Shown here piece after piece: positions 38,190 through 47,314 of a stretch of 64,000 nt of DNA; within the stretch, counting starts at the first letter, position 1; the number at the start of each line of letters is the position of its first letter. Location of the stretch: positions 1-64,000 of the IMG/VR virus record IMGVR_UViG_3300032332_001507. One strand, given 5' to 3'. Both the position numbers and the translations under genes were made by a program. Under the pieces are notes generated by a model that was not told where the DNA came from, ran no database searches, and saw only the letters and a program-made list of their open reading frames with translations. This stretch comes from a virus. Lineage: Duplodnaviria; Caudoviricetes.

Positions 38190-38351
38190 ATGAGTAAAAA
38201 CAGTGTACAACAAAACTACAACAGCCTAAAAGATTATATTCTAGCAGCTGAAAACGGACGTAAAAGAAAACAACGCCCCGTTAAAAAAGAAAAATTCATC
38301 AAAACAGCAAACCACCCAGCTTTGCGTTATGAAGATGAAAACGAAGGATAA
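38190..38351 (+). CDS. Small hypothetical protein (53 aa)
   Basis: AAAGTTATG start context typical of this genome. Confidence 0.5.
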   Translation: MSKNSVQQNYNSLKDYILAAENGRKRKQRPVKKEKFIKTANHPALRYEDENEG

Positions 38352-38508
38352 TATATGGGAATATTTTGAGTCTATACCCGATAAATACTTAGTTTTATTA
38401 GCTGAGTTAGATTGGGAAGGGTTAAAAACATTCTGTATGTTATTAACATTAGACAAACAAATACAAGCCGAAGCAGAGCAAAAAAGAGAGAGTCAAATTC
38501 CTAGTTAA
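38329..38508 (+). CDS. Small hypothetical protein (59 aa)
   Basis: MKMKTKDNIWEYFESIPDKYL...; fills gap before next promoter. Confidence 0.5.
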   Translation: MKMKTKDNIWEYFESIPDKYLVLLAELDWEGLKTFCMLLTLDKQIQAEAEQKRESQIPS

Positions 38509-38511
38509 GGA

Positions 38512-38543
38512 TTTGGCTCTTAATTTTTTTAGTCGTATATTTA
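38512..38543 (+). promoter_or_regulatory. Class A promoter
   Basis: TTTGG(38512)...CGTATATTTA(38534-38543). Confidence 0.75.
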
Positions 38544-38560
38544 TCTCATAAATGAAGGTT

Positions 38561-38809
38561 ATGAGAAAAATAGGACAAATGACAAATGCTTGGAAAATAG
38601 CATTAGAATTAATTAAGCAAAACAAGACTGATGAAGCTGTAGAGGCTTTAGATAAATGCTTATTAATAGCCGCTATGGCTGACGAGCGAGGAGAAACTTA
38701 CTTAGATGGAAAGTCCCTCGACTTATGGAAAATGAGAGTCTGGGTTAAAATCGAAGACTTAGGAGTACTACCAGAAGGAAATGAATGGTATGAGATCCAA
38801 GAAGCGTGA
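38561..38809 (+). CDS. Hypothetical protein
   Basis: ORF after promoter. Confidence 0.55.
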   Translation: MRKIGQMTNAWKIALELIKQNKTDEAVEALDKCLLIAAMADERGETYLDGKSLDLWKMRVWVKIEDLGVLPEGNEWYEIQEA

Positions 38810-39002
38810 TTATGGGGTTGAGCTCCCTCCCCCATTTATAATAATGAATCAACAATGTCAAGTATGGACTGGTCTTCGAGATGGAGGAAAACGAGCAGTA
38901 TTTTCAAATAATTTAGACGAAGCTAAACCCCTGCACTATGATATTCAATTTAATAAAGTGCAGGGGGTAGTATATGAAAATTTAGAAAAAATTTATTTAT
39001 GA
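38790..39002 (+). CDS. Hypothetical protein
   Basis: Overlapping ORF chain. Confidence 0.5.
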   Translation: MRSKKRDYGVELPPPFIIMNQQCQVWTGLRDGGKRAVFSNNLDEAKPLHYDIQFNKVQGVVYENLEKIYL

Positions 39003-39337
39003 ATTTAATAATAGGAATGCTGCTCGGAATGACAGCTCAGTTTTTAACATTTATCCAATTACAAGGTAGATGGAAGTTTGATTGGATGAAAGAAAATCCA
39101 TGGTGGATGGTTTTATTAGGATTACCTATCTCATATCTATTTATGGGCTCAGTAAAGCATATGGTTGAGTACTTTGATGGACAATTATGGCCATCTAGAT
39201 TAATAGGATTTGCAATTGGAACTATTGTGTTCACATTCATGTCAGTACTTTGGTTTAATGAACCAATTAATACTAAAACAGGAGTTTGCATATGTTTAAG
39301 TATTTTAATTTTATTGATACAATTATTCTGGAAATAG
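38999..39337 (+). CDS. Small 4-TM membrane protein (DMT/EamA-like)
   Basis: Four hydrophobic helices, F.E.I..K..V C-terminal pattern. Confidence 0.6.
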   Translation: MNLIIGMLLGMTAQFLTFIQLQGRWKFDWMKENPWWMVLLGLPISYLFMGSVKHMVEYFDGQLWPSRLIGFAIGTIVFTFMSVLWFNEPINTKTGVCICLSILILLIQLFWK

Positions 39338-39350
39338 GGTATGTATATAC

Positions 39351-39566
39351 ATGCAGGAGTTATTTCAAAGTCATATATCCAAAATAAACAAGATTATTAA
39401 TTCTTGCACCACAGTCGAACATATAGAGTCAGCTAAACAGGTTATAAAAAACTTTATTGATTATTGGAAAATAAAAAACATAAGTGTTAAAACATTAAGA
39501 CATTATTTACACCATTTTAATACATTAATATATTTTAAATTAAGAGTAATTAACTACAATGAGTAA
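39351..39566 (+). CDS. Hypothetical protein
   Basis: KIINSCTTVEHIESAKQVI; TATGTATA class B variant upstream. Confidence 0.5.
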   Translation: MQELFQSHISKINKIINSCTTVEHIESAKQVIKNFIDYWKIKNISVKTLRHYLHHFNTLIYFKLRVINYNE

Positions 39567-39729
39567 CGAAGAACGAATAGAAGAAATACTTTATCAAGCT
39601 CACGCCGCAGGGGATGTAGAAGAATTTTATAATTTGGTAAATGAATATCAATCTAAAAATCAAGACCGATCAAAACGACTAATTGATTTTTATGAAATGG
39701 CTCATTTTAGATTAAAATTTAATAGGTAA
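39559..39729 (+). CDS. Small hypothetical protein (56 aa)
   Basis: MSNEERIEEILYQAHAAG... Confidence 0.55.
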   Translation: MSNEERIEEILYQAHAAGDVEEFYNLVNEYQSKNQDRSKRLIDFYEMAHFRLKFNR

Positions 39730-39748
39730 TAAAATCTTCATTTAAATA

Positions 39749-39780
39749 GTTGGATTTCCATATTTTTAATCGTATATTTA
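39749..39780 (+). promoter_or_regulatory. Class A promoter
   Basis: GTTGG(39749)...CGTATATTTA(39771-39780). Confidence 0.75.
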
Positions 39781-39797
39781 TAGCATAATTAAAACAC

Positions 39798-39929
39798 ATG
39801 GAAAAGAAAACATTAAACGGATTAAGTGAGCGACACGTGGCCCAAATCATCAGACGAAAGATGATACAAAGATGCAAACCATCAGCTAAAACTTATAAAC
39901 GCGAAAAATACAAATATGGCGAAGAATAA
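39798..39929 (+). CDS. Small basic protein (43 aa)
   Basis: MEKKTLNGLSERHVAQIIRRKMIQRCKPSAKTYKR... Confidence 0.55.
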   Translation: MEKKTLNGLSERHVAQIIRRKMIQRCKPSAKTYKREKYKYGEE

Positions 39930-40068
39930 AATGTTTTGGGTCCGTTTTCCAAATGAAAGTGAATATCAAGAAATTAAACTTGATATAGATAAATTTGAAA
40001 GGAGAAGTGAGTGTGATAATGAGGTGTTTGGATGGTATGATGGAACTTATATTAATGTTAAAAAATGA
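39916..40068 (+). CDS. Small hypothetical protein (50 aa)
   Basis: Overlapping chain, ATGA coupling to 40065. Confidence 0.5.
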   Translation: MAKNKMFWVRFPNESEYQEIKLDIDKFERRSECDNEVFGWYDGTYINVKK

Positions 40069-40307
40069 AACAGTTATATTTTTACAATGGTGAAGTATAT
40101 GTTATATTAAGAGCACTTAATGCTAGCTATCTTTATAATAAAGCTGGGGAGTTTAGAAGAGACTTATTACATTTGTGGAAAGAGGGAGTAGGTGCAGATC
40201 ATGTTTTAAAAACTGAGTCTCATTTTCTATTATGTGAAACAATTAAAGAACCCGAATGGGAGGAAATTCATGAACAAGAAGAGAGTATATCGGAATCTAG
40301 TTCTTAG
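40065..40307 (+). CDS. Hypothetical protein
   Basis: ORF track. Confidence 0.55.
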   Translation: MKQLYFYNGEVYVILRALNASYLYNKAGEFRRDLLHLWKEGVGADHVLKTESHFLLCETIKEPEWEEIHEQEESISESSS

Positions 40308-40800
40308 TGGAGAGATAAGTGAAGAGTCAGCTCAAAATATCATTCAACATATAAGTGATATTAATGAAGATGATTTTGGAAAAGAAGAACGTTTACCCAT
40401 CCAATTAAAAATTAACAGTATAGGTGGTTCAATGTATGATGGTTTTGCAATTATAGGAGCTATCGAATCATCAGAGACTCCAGTTTATACCTACGGTTAC
40501 GGCGCTATTATGTCAATGGCTCTACCAATTTTGGTATCAGGTGTTAAACGATTTGCTCACCCACTAACAACATTTATGTACCATGAGTGTTTAGATACGT
40601 TTGGACATTATGAAAAGGTATCTGTATTAAAAGAGAATTTAGAGGAAACAGAACGTGTAATGGATATGTATGATGATTATATTTTTAAAAAAACATCGCT
40701 CACTAAAAAACAATTAGATAAAGTTAAAAAAGGAAAGTATGATTGGTATTTTGATATTAATGATGCTCTTGAATATAAAGTAATAGATCAAGTAATATGA
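40270..40800 (+). CDS. clpP: ClpP-family protease
   Basis: INSIGGSMYDGFAI, AIMSMA (Ser), FMYHE (His), DWYF..DALEYKVIDQV. Confidence 0.85.
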   Translation: MNKKRVYRNLVLSGEISEESAQNIIQHISDINEDDFGKEERLPIQLKINSIGGSMYDGFAIIGAIESSETPVYTYGYGAIMSMALPILVSGVKRFAHPLTTFMYHECLDTFGHYEKVSVLKENLEETERVMDMYDDYIFKKTSLTKKQLDKVKKGKYDWYFDINDALEYKVIDQVI

Positions 40801-40925
40801 AAAAATCAGATGTAAGCCTACTATTATATATTGTAGGATTAGTAACAGCTTTAGTATTGATGAATGGATGTGTAGCTAAACATCCCAAATGCGCAGCTTA
40901 CGATAAAATTAAAACAGTGAAGTAA
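40797..40925 (+). CDS. Small putative lipoprotein (42 aa)
   Basis: MKKSDVSLLLYIVGLVTALVLMNG-C lipobox, then KCAAY. Confidence 0.5.
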   Translation: MKKSDVSLLLYIVGLVTALVLMNGCVAKHPKCAAYDKIKTVK

Positions 40926-41275
40926 TGAAAAAAATAATGGTTATGTTAATGTGTTTGTTAGCACTGTCTAGTCAAGCACAAACAAGACAGCAACGTGGTG
41001 CTGCTTTTGATCGAATGAATTCATCTATGAGAGGCAATTATGTTTCAGATGCTGATGTCATGCGACAAGGAGGAATTGCAGCTGTAATAGCAGGAACAGC
41101 AATTATTATTGCTCATCAATTTGAGGGAAATGAGGCTTGGAAATACGCTAAACAGGGCCAATCAGGTTGGTTTTATAAACCTTACATGAAACAAGGTACT
41201 CGTCCATTTATGATTCCAATTGGAGTAACATTTATAATTGGTGGAACCACAACAATAATAAGAAATATAGAATAA
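40925..41275 (+). CDS. Secreted/membrane protein
   Basis: Signal peptide plus two hydrophobic segments. Confidence 0.55.
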   Translation: MKKIMVMLMCLLALSSQAQTRQQRGAAFDRMNSSMRGNYVSDADVMRQGGIAAVIAGTAIIIAHQFEGNEAWKYAKQGQSGWFYKPYMKQGTRPFMIPIGVTFIIGGTTTIIRNIE

Positions 41276-41278
41276 GTT

Positions 41279-41767
41279 ATGTATAGAATTAGAATATTTT
41301 TTAGACAGTGCCATAATGTGTTAAGATGGCTTCCTATTATTTGGAAAGACAGAGATTGGGATTCTCATTACTTTAATGAGATTCTAATTAAGAAACTAGA
41401 ACATAAACGTGATTTCTTCTTATCAGACAGAGTACATGTCTCTAGAGCTAAAGAAACAGCTGAACAAATTCAAACAGCAATTGATATGCTTCACAAAACT
41501 AAAGACTCTTGGGAATTTTATGAATGTGTACACATGAGAAAAATGGATGCTAAGTGGGGTGAGGGTGTTTTAAGATTTGTCCCAATTGAAGGAACAGACA
41601 CTGAAGAAATGTTTATTGATCATGAGGGTGTTAAGACACCTGAAGATGAAAAACAATATCGCGAAGAGTTTAGAGCTGGAATGATTAAAGCTGAAAAACA
41701 ATATAAAAAAGATAAACGAGAAGCTTATAAATACTTAGCTGATCATATTGATTATTGGTGGGATTAA
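41279..41767 (+). CDS. Hypothetical phage protein
   Basis: WLPIIWKDRDWD...HIDYWWD. Confidence 0.6.
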   Translation: MYRIRIFFRQCHNVLRWLPIIWKDRDWDSHYFNEILIKKLEHKRDFFLSDRVHVSRAKETAEQIQTAIDMLHKTKDSWEFYECVHMRKMDAKWGEGVLRFVPIEGTDTEEMFIDHEGVKTPEDEKQYREEFRAGMIKAEKQYKKDKREAYKYLADHIDYWWD

Positions 41768-41770
41768 ATT

Positions 41771-42043
41771 ATGGCAACACTAGAAACACAATATAAAAAC
41801 TTTCTTAAAAGTAACCCAACATCAACTCTTACATTTGAGGAGTGGAAAAAGAAATGGGCTGATGATATTAGACCTATAATCGAGGAATTAAACAACCTAC
41901 CTATTGAATGGAAACTATATGAACAATATGCTGAACATTTTGTTGGATATGAAGATATACCTGATTATGAGTGGTTTAAACATGAATTAAAAAATAATGA
42001 AGCATTTAGAGAACGTTATGGGAAAGATAATACTAGAATTTGA
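41771..42043 (+). CDS. Hypothetical protein
   Basis: ORF track. Confidence 0.55.
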   Translation: MATLETQYKNFLKSNPTSTLTFEEWKKKWADDIRPIIEELNNLPIEWKLYEQYAEHFVGYEDIPDYEWFKHELKNNEAFRERYGKDNTRI

Positions 42044-42263
42044 TAGCTTTGAAGAAAAAGCAGATGCTATAGAAGCATTGAATGGATGGAAGTACAAAGC
42101 ACTACTTTGGGAACTTGATCAAAAGCTTCGTAGTGTACATAAATACGGAGGCTCTCTTGATAGTAATGGAGAAGCAACTGAGGAAGAAAGAGATATATGT
42201 TATAGAGTAAGAGATGTTATCAGACAAATGTTACGAGAAAGTAATTTAGATATAGAATCATGA
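42018..42263 (+). CDS. Hypothetical protein
   Basis: MGKIILEFD...ALNG.KY..LWELDQ.LR. Confidence 0.55.
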   Translation: MGKIILEFDSFEEKADAIEALNGWKYKALLWELDQKLRSVHKYGGSLDSNGEATEEERDICYRVRDVIRQMLRESNLDIES

Positions 42264-43429
42264 ACAACCTAGATAAATCATATCAAGCACTCCTTCAAGA
42301 TATTCTTGACAATGGAGTAACTAAGAAAGATAGAACAGGAACTGGTACTAAGAGTCTTTTTGGTAGGCAGATTCGTCATAATATGAAAGATGGATTTCCA
42401 CTTCTCACAACCAAGAAAATGGCTTGGAAGCAGATTGTAACTGAGTTGCTATGGTTTCTAAGAGGTGATACCAATATCAAATACCTTGTTGATAATGGAT
42501 GTAATATATGGACAGGGGATGCTCATAAGAATTATTTAAAAGAAAAAGATAAGGTTGGATTAATTGGAATGGATATAAGAAATTTTCTTATTAACATTGC
42601 TAGAGATGATAAGTTTGCTAAGAAGTGGGGTGAGTTAGGTCCTGTGTATGGTAGACAGTGGAGAAACTGGAATGCTATATTTGATGGTGGTGTAGACCAA
42701 ATCGCAAACCTAATCCGTGACCTTAAAACAAACCCAGACTCAAGACGTTTGATGGTTAATGCCTGGAATGTAGGTGAGATAGACAAAATGGTTCTTCCAC
42801 CTTGTCATTATGGATTTCAAGTTTATACAAGAGAGTTGGATATTTCTGAAAGATTAGACTTAGCATATAAAACATACTCTGTATTTGAACCGAGTGATTT
42901 TATTGAGGTTACTCACCAAGAGATTGATAAGTTGTATCCTGTACCTAGTAGAGCAATCTCTTTAATGTGGAATCAAAGGTCGGTAGATACATTCTTAGGT
43001 TTACCATTCAACATTGCAAGTTATGGATTGTTACTTGAAATCATTGCTAAGGAAGTGAATATGATACCTGATGAATTAATTGGTAACTTAGGTGATGTTC
43101 ATTTATATAACAACCACATTGAGCAAGCAAAAGAACAAATTGGTAGATTAACATTAGAAGAGAGAAGGGCGATGGTAACTCAAGAACAGTTTGATAAGAT
43201 TTACACAGCGGGAAGTCCTGATAGTTTATCTCATTCTGAAATTGATCAGTTTGGCGTTCCTAGAAGTACAAGAGAACCATTTAAGTTACCTAAACTATAC
43301 ATCAATAGTGAGTTTTGGAATCATGAATATCAAACAATAGATGGATGGATTAAAAGTATGGAGATAGGAGATTTTACTTTAGATGGATACCAATCACACC
43401 CAACAATTAAAGCACCTTTATCGAATTGA
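42260..43429 (+). CDS. thyA: Thymidylate synthase (with two insertions)
   Basis: DRTGTGT, FPLLTTKK, LGPVYG.QWR, SRR, LPPCH, QRSVD.FLGLPFNIASY, HLY.NH. Confidence 0.95.
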   Translation: MNNLDKSYQALLQDILDNGVTKKDRTGTGTKSLFGRQIRHNMKDGFPLLTTKKMAWKQIVTELLWFLRGDTNIKYLVDNGCNIWTGDAHKNYLKEKDKVGLIGMDIRNFLINIARDDKFAKKWGELGPVYGRQWRNWNAIFDGGVDQIANLIRDLKTNPDSRRLMVNAWNVGEIDKMVLPPCHYGFQVYTRELDISERLDLAYKTYSVFEPSDFIEVTHQEIDKLYPVPSRAISLMWNQRSVDTFLGLPFNIASYGLLLEIIAKEVNMIPDELIGNLGDVHLYNNHIEQAKEQIGRLTLEERRAMVTQEQFDKIYTAGSPDSLSHSEIDQFGVPRSTREPFKLPKLYINSEFWNHEYQTIDGWIKSMEIGDFTLDGYQSHPTIKAPLSN

Positions 43430-43447
43430 TCAATATTTATTAGTATG
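43396..43447 (+). repeat. 52-bp direct repeat, copy 1 (thyA 3' end + class B motif + ATG)
   Basis: ACACCCAACAATTAAAGCACCTTTATCGAATTGATCAATATTTATTAGTATG; 49/52 identical to 44833-44884. Confidence 0.9.
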
Positions 43448-44152
43448 ATACATAAATTGGTTACAATAGTGATACCTTGTAAGAATGAAGAATTATACAT
43501 TGGTGAAACTTTAAAATCTATATCCAATCAAATTGGAGTTAATAAATTAAGAGTTATTATAGCAGATGCTAAATCAACTGATAACACTAGACAAGTAATT
43601 ACTAAGTGTCAAAAACAATTATCAAATTTAAGAATTGAAATAATTGATGGAGGACCTGTAGCAGTTGGAAGAAATAGAGGAGCTGAATTAGTAACTACAC
43701 CTTATGTTCTATTCATAGATGCAGACACTGAATTAATAGAACCAGATATATTATTATCAGCTGTTGATAAATTAGATGATTACGAATTAGTGACTTGTAA
43801 AGTCACAAGTTCAGTTAATACCTTTAAATCAAAATTAATATTTAAGTCATTTAATATTATAAGAAAATACTTTATGACTAAACCCTTTTGTACAGGAGTA
43901 TTTTTCTTAACCAGCATAGAGTCATTTAAACGATTTGGAAGATTTGATGAGACTGTTACTACTAGTGAAGATTATTTATTAAGTCGACAATATCCTTTAA
44001 AAGAGTTTTGCATATTACCTAAACATGCTACTCAAGATGATAGACGGTTCAAGTATATGGGGTATAGTAAGTTCTTAAAAATGATGTTCACAAATTATCT
44101 TAATAGAAACAATATTGAATATTTCCGTAGAGATATAAATTACTGGAAATGA
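43445..44152 (+). CDS. GT2 glycosyltransferase
   Basis: IVIPCKNEE, IADAKSTD, GRNRGA, FIDAD, FDE...SED. Confidence 0.88.
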   Translation: MIHKLVTIVIPCKNEELYIGETLKSISNQIGVNKLRVIIADAKSTDNTRQVITKCQKQLSNLRIEIIDGGPVAVGRNRGAELVTTPYVLFIDADTELIEPDILLSAVDKLDDYELVTCKVTSSVNTFKSKLIFKSFNIIRKYFMTKPFCTGVFFLTSIESFKRFGRFDETVTTSEDYLLSRQYPLKEFCILPKHATQDDRRFKYMGYSKFLKMMFTNYLNRNNIEYFRRDINYWK

Positions 44153-44847
44153 AGAAAATTGAAGCTATATTCATATCTGATGTTCATCTAGGATCAAAAG
44201 GAAGCAATGCTGATGAATTATTGGAGGTATTAAAACAATATGAACCAAAATATCTTTTTATTGTTGGTGATTTTATTGATGGATGGTTATTAAAAAAACG
44301 ACATTACTGGTCTCAAGACTTTACTAATGTAATTCGTAAAATTTTGTCTTATAGTAAAAATGGAACTAAAGTAGTTTATGTGACTGGTAACCATGATGAC
44401 TTCTTACGCCATTACACCCCAATGTCATTCTCAGAAAACATACAAATAGTTGATGAATATATTTGGAATGATTATTATATAGTACATGGTGATCAATTTG
44501 ATGGTATTGTAAAAATGAAATGGTTGGGTGTGTTAGGATCATGGGGATATGAAGCTGCTATTTGGATTGATAATTTATTTAAACGTTTTGGATATAAAAA
44601 ATCATTGAGTAAATTTCTAAAAAAGAATGTAAAAAACGCTATTAAGTTTATTACAGATTTTGAAAAACAAGCAGCGTACCAAGCCAAAATACGTAATTGT
44701 CATGGTGTGATAGTAGGACATATCCATACACCTGTTGATATTCATATTAATGATATACATTATTTAAATTGTGGTGATTGGATTGAAAATAATAGTTATA
44801 TAATATATAAAAATAACAAGTTTAAAATAATTACACCCAACAATTAA
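44149..44847 (+). CDS. Calcineurin-like metallophosphoesterase, UDP-2,3-diacylglucosamine diphosphatase (LpxH-like) family
   Basis: SDVHLG, VGDFIDGW, GNHD, HGDQFD, GHIH, NCGDWIE. Confidence 0.85.
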   Translation: MKKIEAIFISDVHLGSKGSNADELLEVLKQYEPKYLFIVGDFIDGWLLKKRHYWSQDFTNVIRKILSYSKNGTKVVYVTGNHDDFLRHYTPMSFSENIQIVDEYIWNDYYIVHGDQFDGIVKMKWLGVLGSWGYEAAIWIDNLFKRFGYKKSLSKFLKKNVKNAIKFITDFEKQAAYQAKIRNCHGVIVGHIHTPVDIHINDIHYLNCGDWIENNSYIIYKNNKFKIITPNN

Positions 44848-44884
44848 AGCACCTTTATCTAATTGATCCATATTTATTAATATG
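44833..44884 (+). repeat. 52-bp direct repeat, copy 2
   Basis: ACACCCAACAATTAAAGCACCTTTATCTAATTGATCCATATTTATTAATATG. Confidence 0.9.
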
Positions 44885-45160
44885 GAAAATGAAACTAAAG
44901 TAAGTAGTTATGGTGAAACATTCTTAAGTAAACTTAAAGAACAGTCATTTACTATTATTATTTTAGTTGGTATAATGTACTATCAAAACACTCTGTTTAA
45001 TAAGCAGATGGATGAATATAGACAAATGATTAAGGAAAAAGAGGAGTTAGTGCTAAAACTAACTGATGAGGAACGTACTCGATTAGTTGAACGTGAGAAG
45101 TATTTAATTGGACAACGAGATATGTTTATAGAAGACCTTAAAGAAAGAGCAAACAAATAA
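44882..45160 (+). CDS. Single-TM coiled-coil protein (holin-like)
   Basis: FTIIILVGIMYY TM then charged coiled coil; class B motif upstream. Confidence 0.5.
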   Translation: MENETKVSSYGETFLSKLKEQSFTIIILVGIMYYQNTLFNKQMDEYRQMIKEKEELVLKLTDEERTRLVEREKYLIGQRDMFIEDLKERANK

Positions 45161-45167
45161 TATTTAT
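45159..45167 (+). promoter_or_regulatory. Class B motif
   Basis: AATATTTATTAGTATGA, identical 17-mer at 43432 and 51910. Confidence 0.65.
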
Positions 45168-45171
45168 TAGT

Positions 45172-45420
45172 ATGAAAAAATCTGAACTAAAACAATTAAT
45201 TAAAGAGGCTATTGTTGAAATAGCTAGCCATGATATTGATATGGCTTTAAAATTCATCCAAAATGAATTACCTGGACTCGGTGCTAAAAAAGAAGATAAC
45301 TTTATTATTCTTAGATCCAAACCAGATATAGCTCAATTAAAAGTATTAGCTAAACTTATTAGTGGTAGAAAAATAGGACCCCACCCAGAAAAACCAGGGG
45401 TAACTAGTATAAAATTTTAA
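45172..45420 (+). CDS. Hypothetical protein with MKKSELKQLIKE leader
   Basis: Leader nearly identical to 51923 (MKLDKLKQLIKEEI). Confidence 0.6.
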   Translation: MKKSELKQLIKEAIVEIASHDIDMALKFIQNELPGLGAKKEDNFIILRSKPDIAQLKVLAKLISGRKIGPHPEKPGVTSIKF

Positions 45421-45425
45421 AATAG

Positions 45426-45457
45426 ATAGGTCTTAGGACCTATTTTTATTATATTAT
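45426..45457 (+). terminator. Terminator hairpin overlapping class A promoter variant
   Basis: ATAGGTC-TTAG-GACCTAT-TTTT; ATTATATTAT at 45448. Confidence 0.6.
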
Positions 45458-45461
45458 AGTT

Positions 45462-45665
45462 ATGGCAATAGATGAGTATTCATCAATATATAGAAACTTA
45501 TTCAAATCAGTTATGAAAGGAAATTACCAAGTTAGAAACAAACAAACACATGAACTAATCTGTACATGTGAATCACTACACAATGCTAACCTAATCAAGC
45601 ATAGCCTTGAAGATCACCGACCATCCCTAGACTTAGAAATTGTTGATTGTACAATTAGTCTGTAA
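45462..45665 (+). CDS. Hypothetical protein
   Basis: ORF track. Confidence 0.5.
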   Translation: MAIDEYSSIYRNLFKSVMKGNYQVRNKQTHELICTCESLHNANLIKHSLEDHRPSLDLEIVDCTISL

Positions 45666-46135
45666 TGGAATTAATCACAACTTACATCTGTAAGAAAGGA
45701 GACATTGGTGTTCATGACAACATGTTTGGTGGTACCATTATGTCTTTGATTGATGACGCGGCTGCGGCTTATGTAGCTCAAATCTGTGACACACAACGAG
45801 TTGTAACTCTAAAAATTGATGAATTAGTTTTTAAAAAACCAGTCAAAGTAGGAGCTATTCTTAAAATATATGGTAGTGTAGTTGAGTTCGGAAATACCTC
45901 AGTTACAGTGGAGATAGACGTCAGAAAACATAATGTGTATACAGGCGCCCAAGAAACAGTTACCCACACTAAAATCGTCTTTGTTCGCATTGATGATGAA
46001 GGTAAACCATTACCAATACATCAATTTGTTAAAGAGAGGTATTGGGAGCGAATGAAAATACACGGTAAGGGACTACTCGATGCTAAGGAGAAAGGTACAG
46101 ATATTTATAATAAAAAACAACTACTCAATGGCTAA
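45665..46135 (+). CDS. Hotdog-fold acyl-CoA thioesterase (YciA-like)
   Basis: NMFGG..MSLIDDAA, VVT, FKKPVKVG, GNTS, VFVRIDDEGKP. Confidence 0.85.
   Translation: MELITTYICKKGDIGVHDNMFGGTIMSLIDDAAAAYVAQICDTQRVVTLKIDELVFKKPVKVGAILKIYGSVVEFGNTSVTVEIDVRKHNVYTGAQETVTHTKIVFVRIDDEGKPLPIHQFVKERYWERMKIHGKGLLDAKEKGTDIYNKKQLLNG
46101..46109 (+). promoter_or_regulatory. Class B motif
   Basis: ATATTTATA within 3' end of thioesterase, before ATG 46128. Confidence 0.55.
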
Positions 46136-46805
46136 AGACTTTAATGTATATAAATGGCGTCGTAATTATTTAAACGAAAACGAAGACTTAGAATCACTTA
46201 AAAAACTTCCTTTTGACCAAGCTCTTAAAGCGTACTATGGTGAATCAGAACCAACCACAATGGAAAAAGGAATATTTTTTGATTTATACTACGGTGCTCC
46301 TGGTTTAAATGAAGATAGTAATCTTCCTGCTGGTGCTGAAGGTGATCCTAACATATTTGGGGGTAATGAGCCTAGAATGCAGAAAGGTAAAGTAGCCTTA
46401 GGTAATGTAACTCCGGTTGTTCAACACAGTGGAGAATATTTACTTTTTGATGAAAGTACTAAACATTACATATACACTTTAGATGATGCATTTAATAGTA
46501 TACTTGATACTCTTGAAGATTATCTAGATGTAGCACAAGAAAGATATGAAGACGAAGACGGACCATATTCTTCAGCATCTGAAGACTGGAGAGATTATAT
46601 TAGTGGTGGAGATGTTTTAAAAGCATTAGCTAGCTACATTAATGATGATAAGGCTGATATAGCTTGGAATTTAGATGAATTTGAAAGTGGAGAGTATCCA
46701 TTTTTGTTAATCACTAAAGAAAATATGGAAGAAGTAAAACCAGCTGTTCCTTCAAAATTCATTGAAGTAATCCAACGACTAAATAATCTACAAGAAGGTA
46801 GATAA
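46128..46805 (+). CDS. Hypothetical acidic protein with N-terminal ...YLNE leader
   Basis: Start re-assigned to MAKDFNVYKWRRNYLNE; further LNE/LQE sites. Confidence 0.6.
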   Translation: MAKDFNVYKWRRNYLNENEDLESLKKLPFDQALKAYYGESEPTTMEKGIFFDLYYGAPGLNEDSNLPAGAEGDPNIFGGNEPRMQKGKVALGNVTPVVQHSGEYLLFDESTKHYIYTLDDAFNSILDTLEDYLDVAQERYEDEDGPYSSASEDWRDYISGGDVLKALASYINDDKADIAWNLDEFESGEYPFLLITKENMEEVKPAVPSKFIEVIQRLNNLQEGR

Positions 46806-46807
46806 TA

Positions 46808-46839
46808 TTTGGCTTCTTAATTTCTTAGTCGTATCTTTA
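46808..46839 (+). promoter_or_regulatory. Class A promoter
   Basis: TTTGG(46808)...CGTATCTTTA(46830-46839). Confidence 0.75.
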
Positions 46840-46843
46840 CAGC

Positions 46844-47314
46844 ATGAATATTTTCTATATACATGCTGATCCAATTATAGCTGCTCAACAGTTAGCTGAT
46901 GATCACATTCGCAAAATGCAAATCGAATCAGCTCAAATGTGTTGCACAACACATTGGGAGACCGGCTCTGAAGCACCATATAAGCGTGCTCACAAAAACC
47001 ATCCATCAACAATTTGGACTAGACAATCAATCCAACATTATGATTGGTTAGTCGAACACGGTTTAGAAATTTGTCGTGAGTTTGAATTACGTTATGGTAA
47101 AACACATGCCACACAAAAAGTATTAGAGTGGTGTAGAGATAATAGACCAAATTTACCTGACAACGGCTTTACTACTCCACCAGAGTGTATGCCTGATGAA
47201 TTCAAAGTAGGAGATACTATTGAATCGTATAAAAATTTTTATATTAATGATAAGGTCAAAATTAAAAAATTAGACTGGAAGAAAATACCAACCCGTAAAC
47301 CTGATTGGATATGA
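46844..47314 (+). CDS. Pyrimidine-dimer DNA glycosylase/DenV-like protein
   Basis: MNIFY...D.HIRKM.IESAQM, YK.AH.NHPSTIW.R, P.CMPD, Y..FY. Confidence 0.75.
   Translation: MNIFYIHADPIIAAQQLADDHIRKMQIESAQMCCTTHWETGSEAPYKRAHKNHPSTIWTRQSIQHYDWLVEHGLEICREFELRYGKTHATQKVLEWCRDNRPNLPDNGFTTPPECMPDEFKVGDTIESYKNFYINDKVKIKKLDWKKIPTRKPDWI

Noticed and set aside
43396-44884. Transposon or integrase-mobilised element
   Set aside because: No transposase/integrase gene or terminal inverted repeats; reported instead as a direct-repeat-flanked cassette
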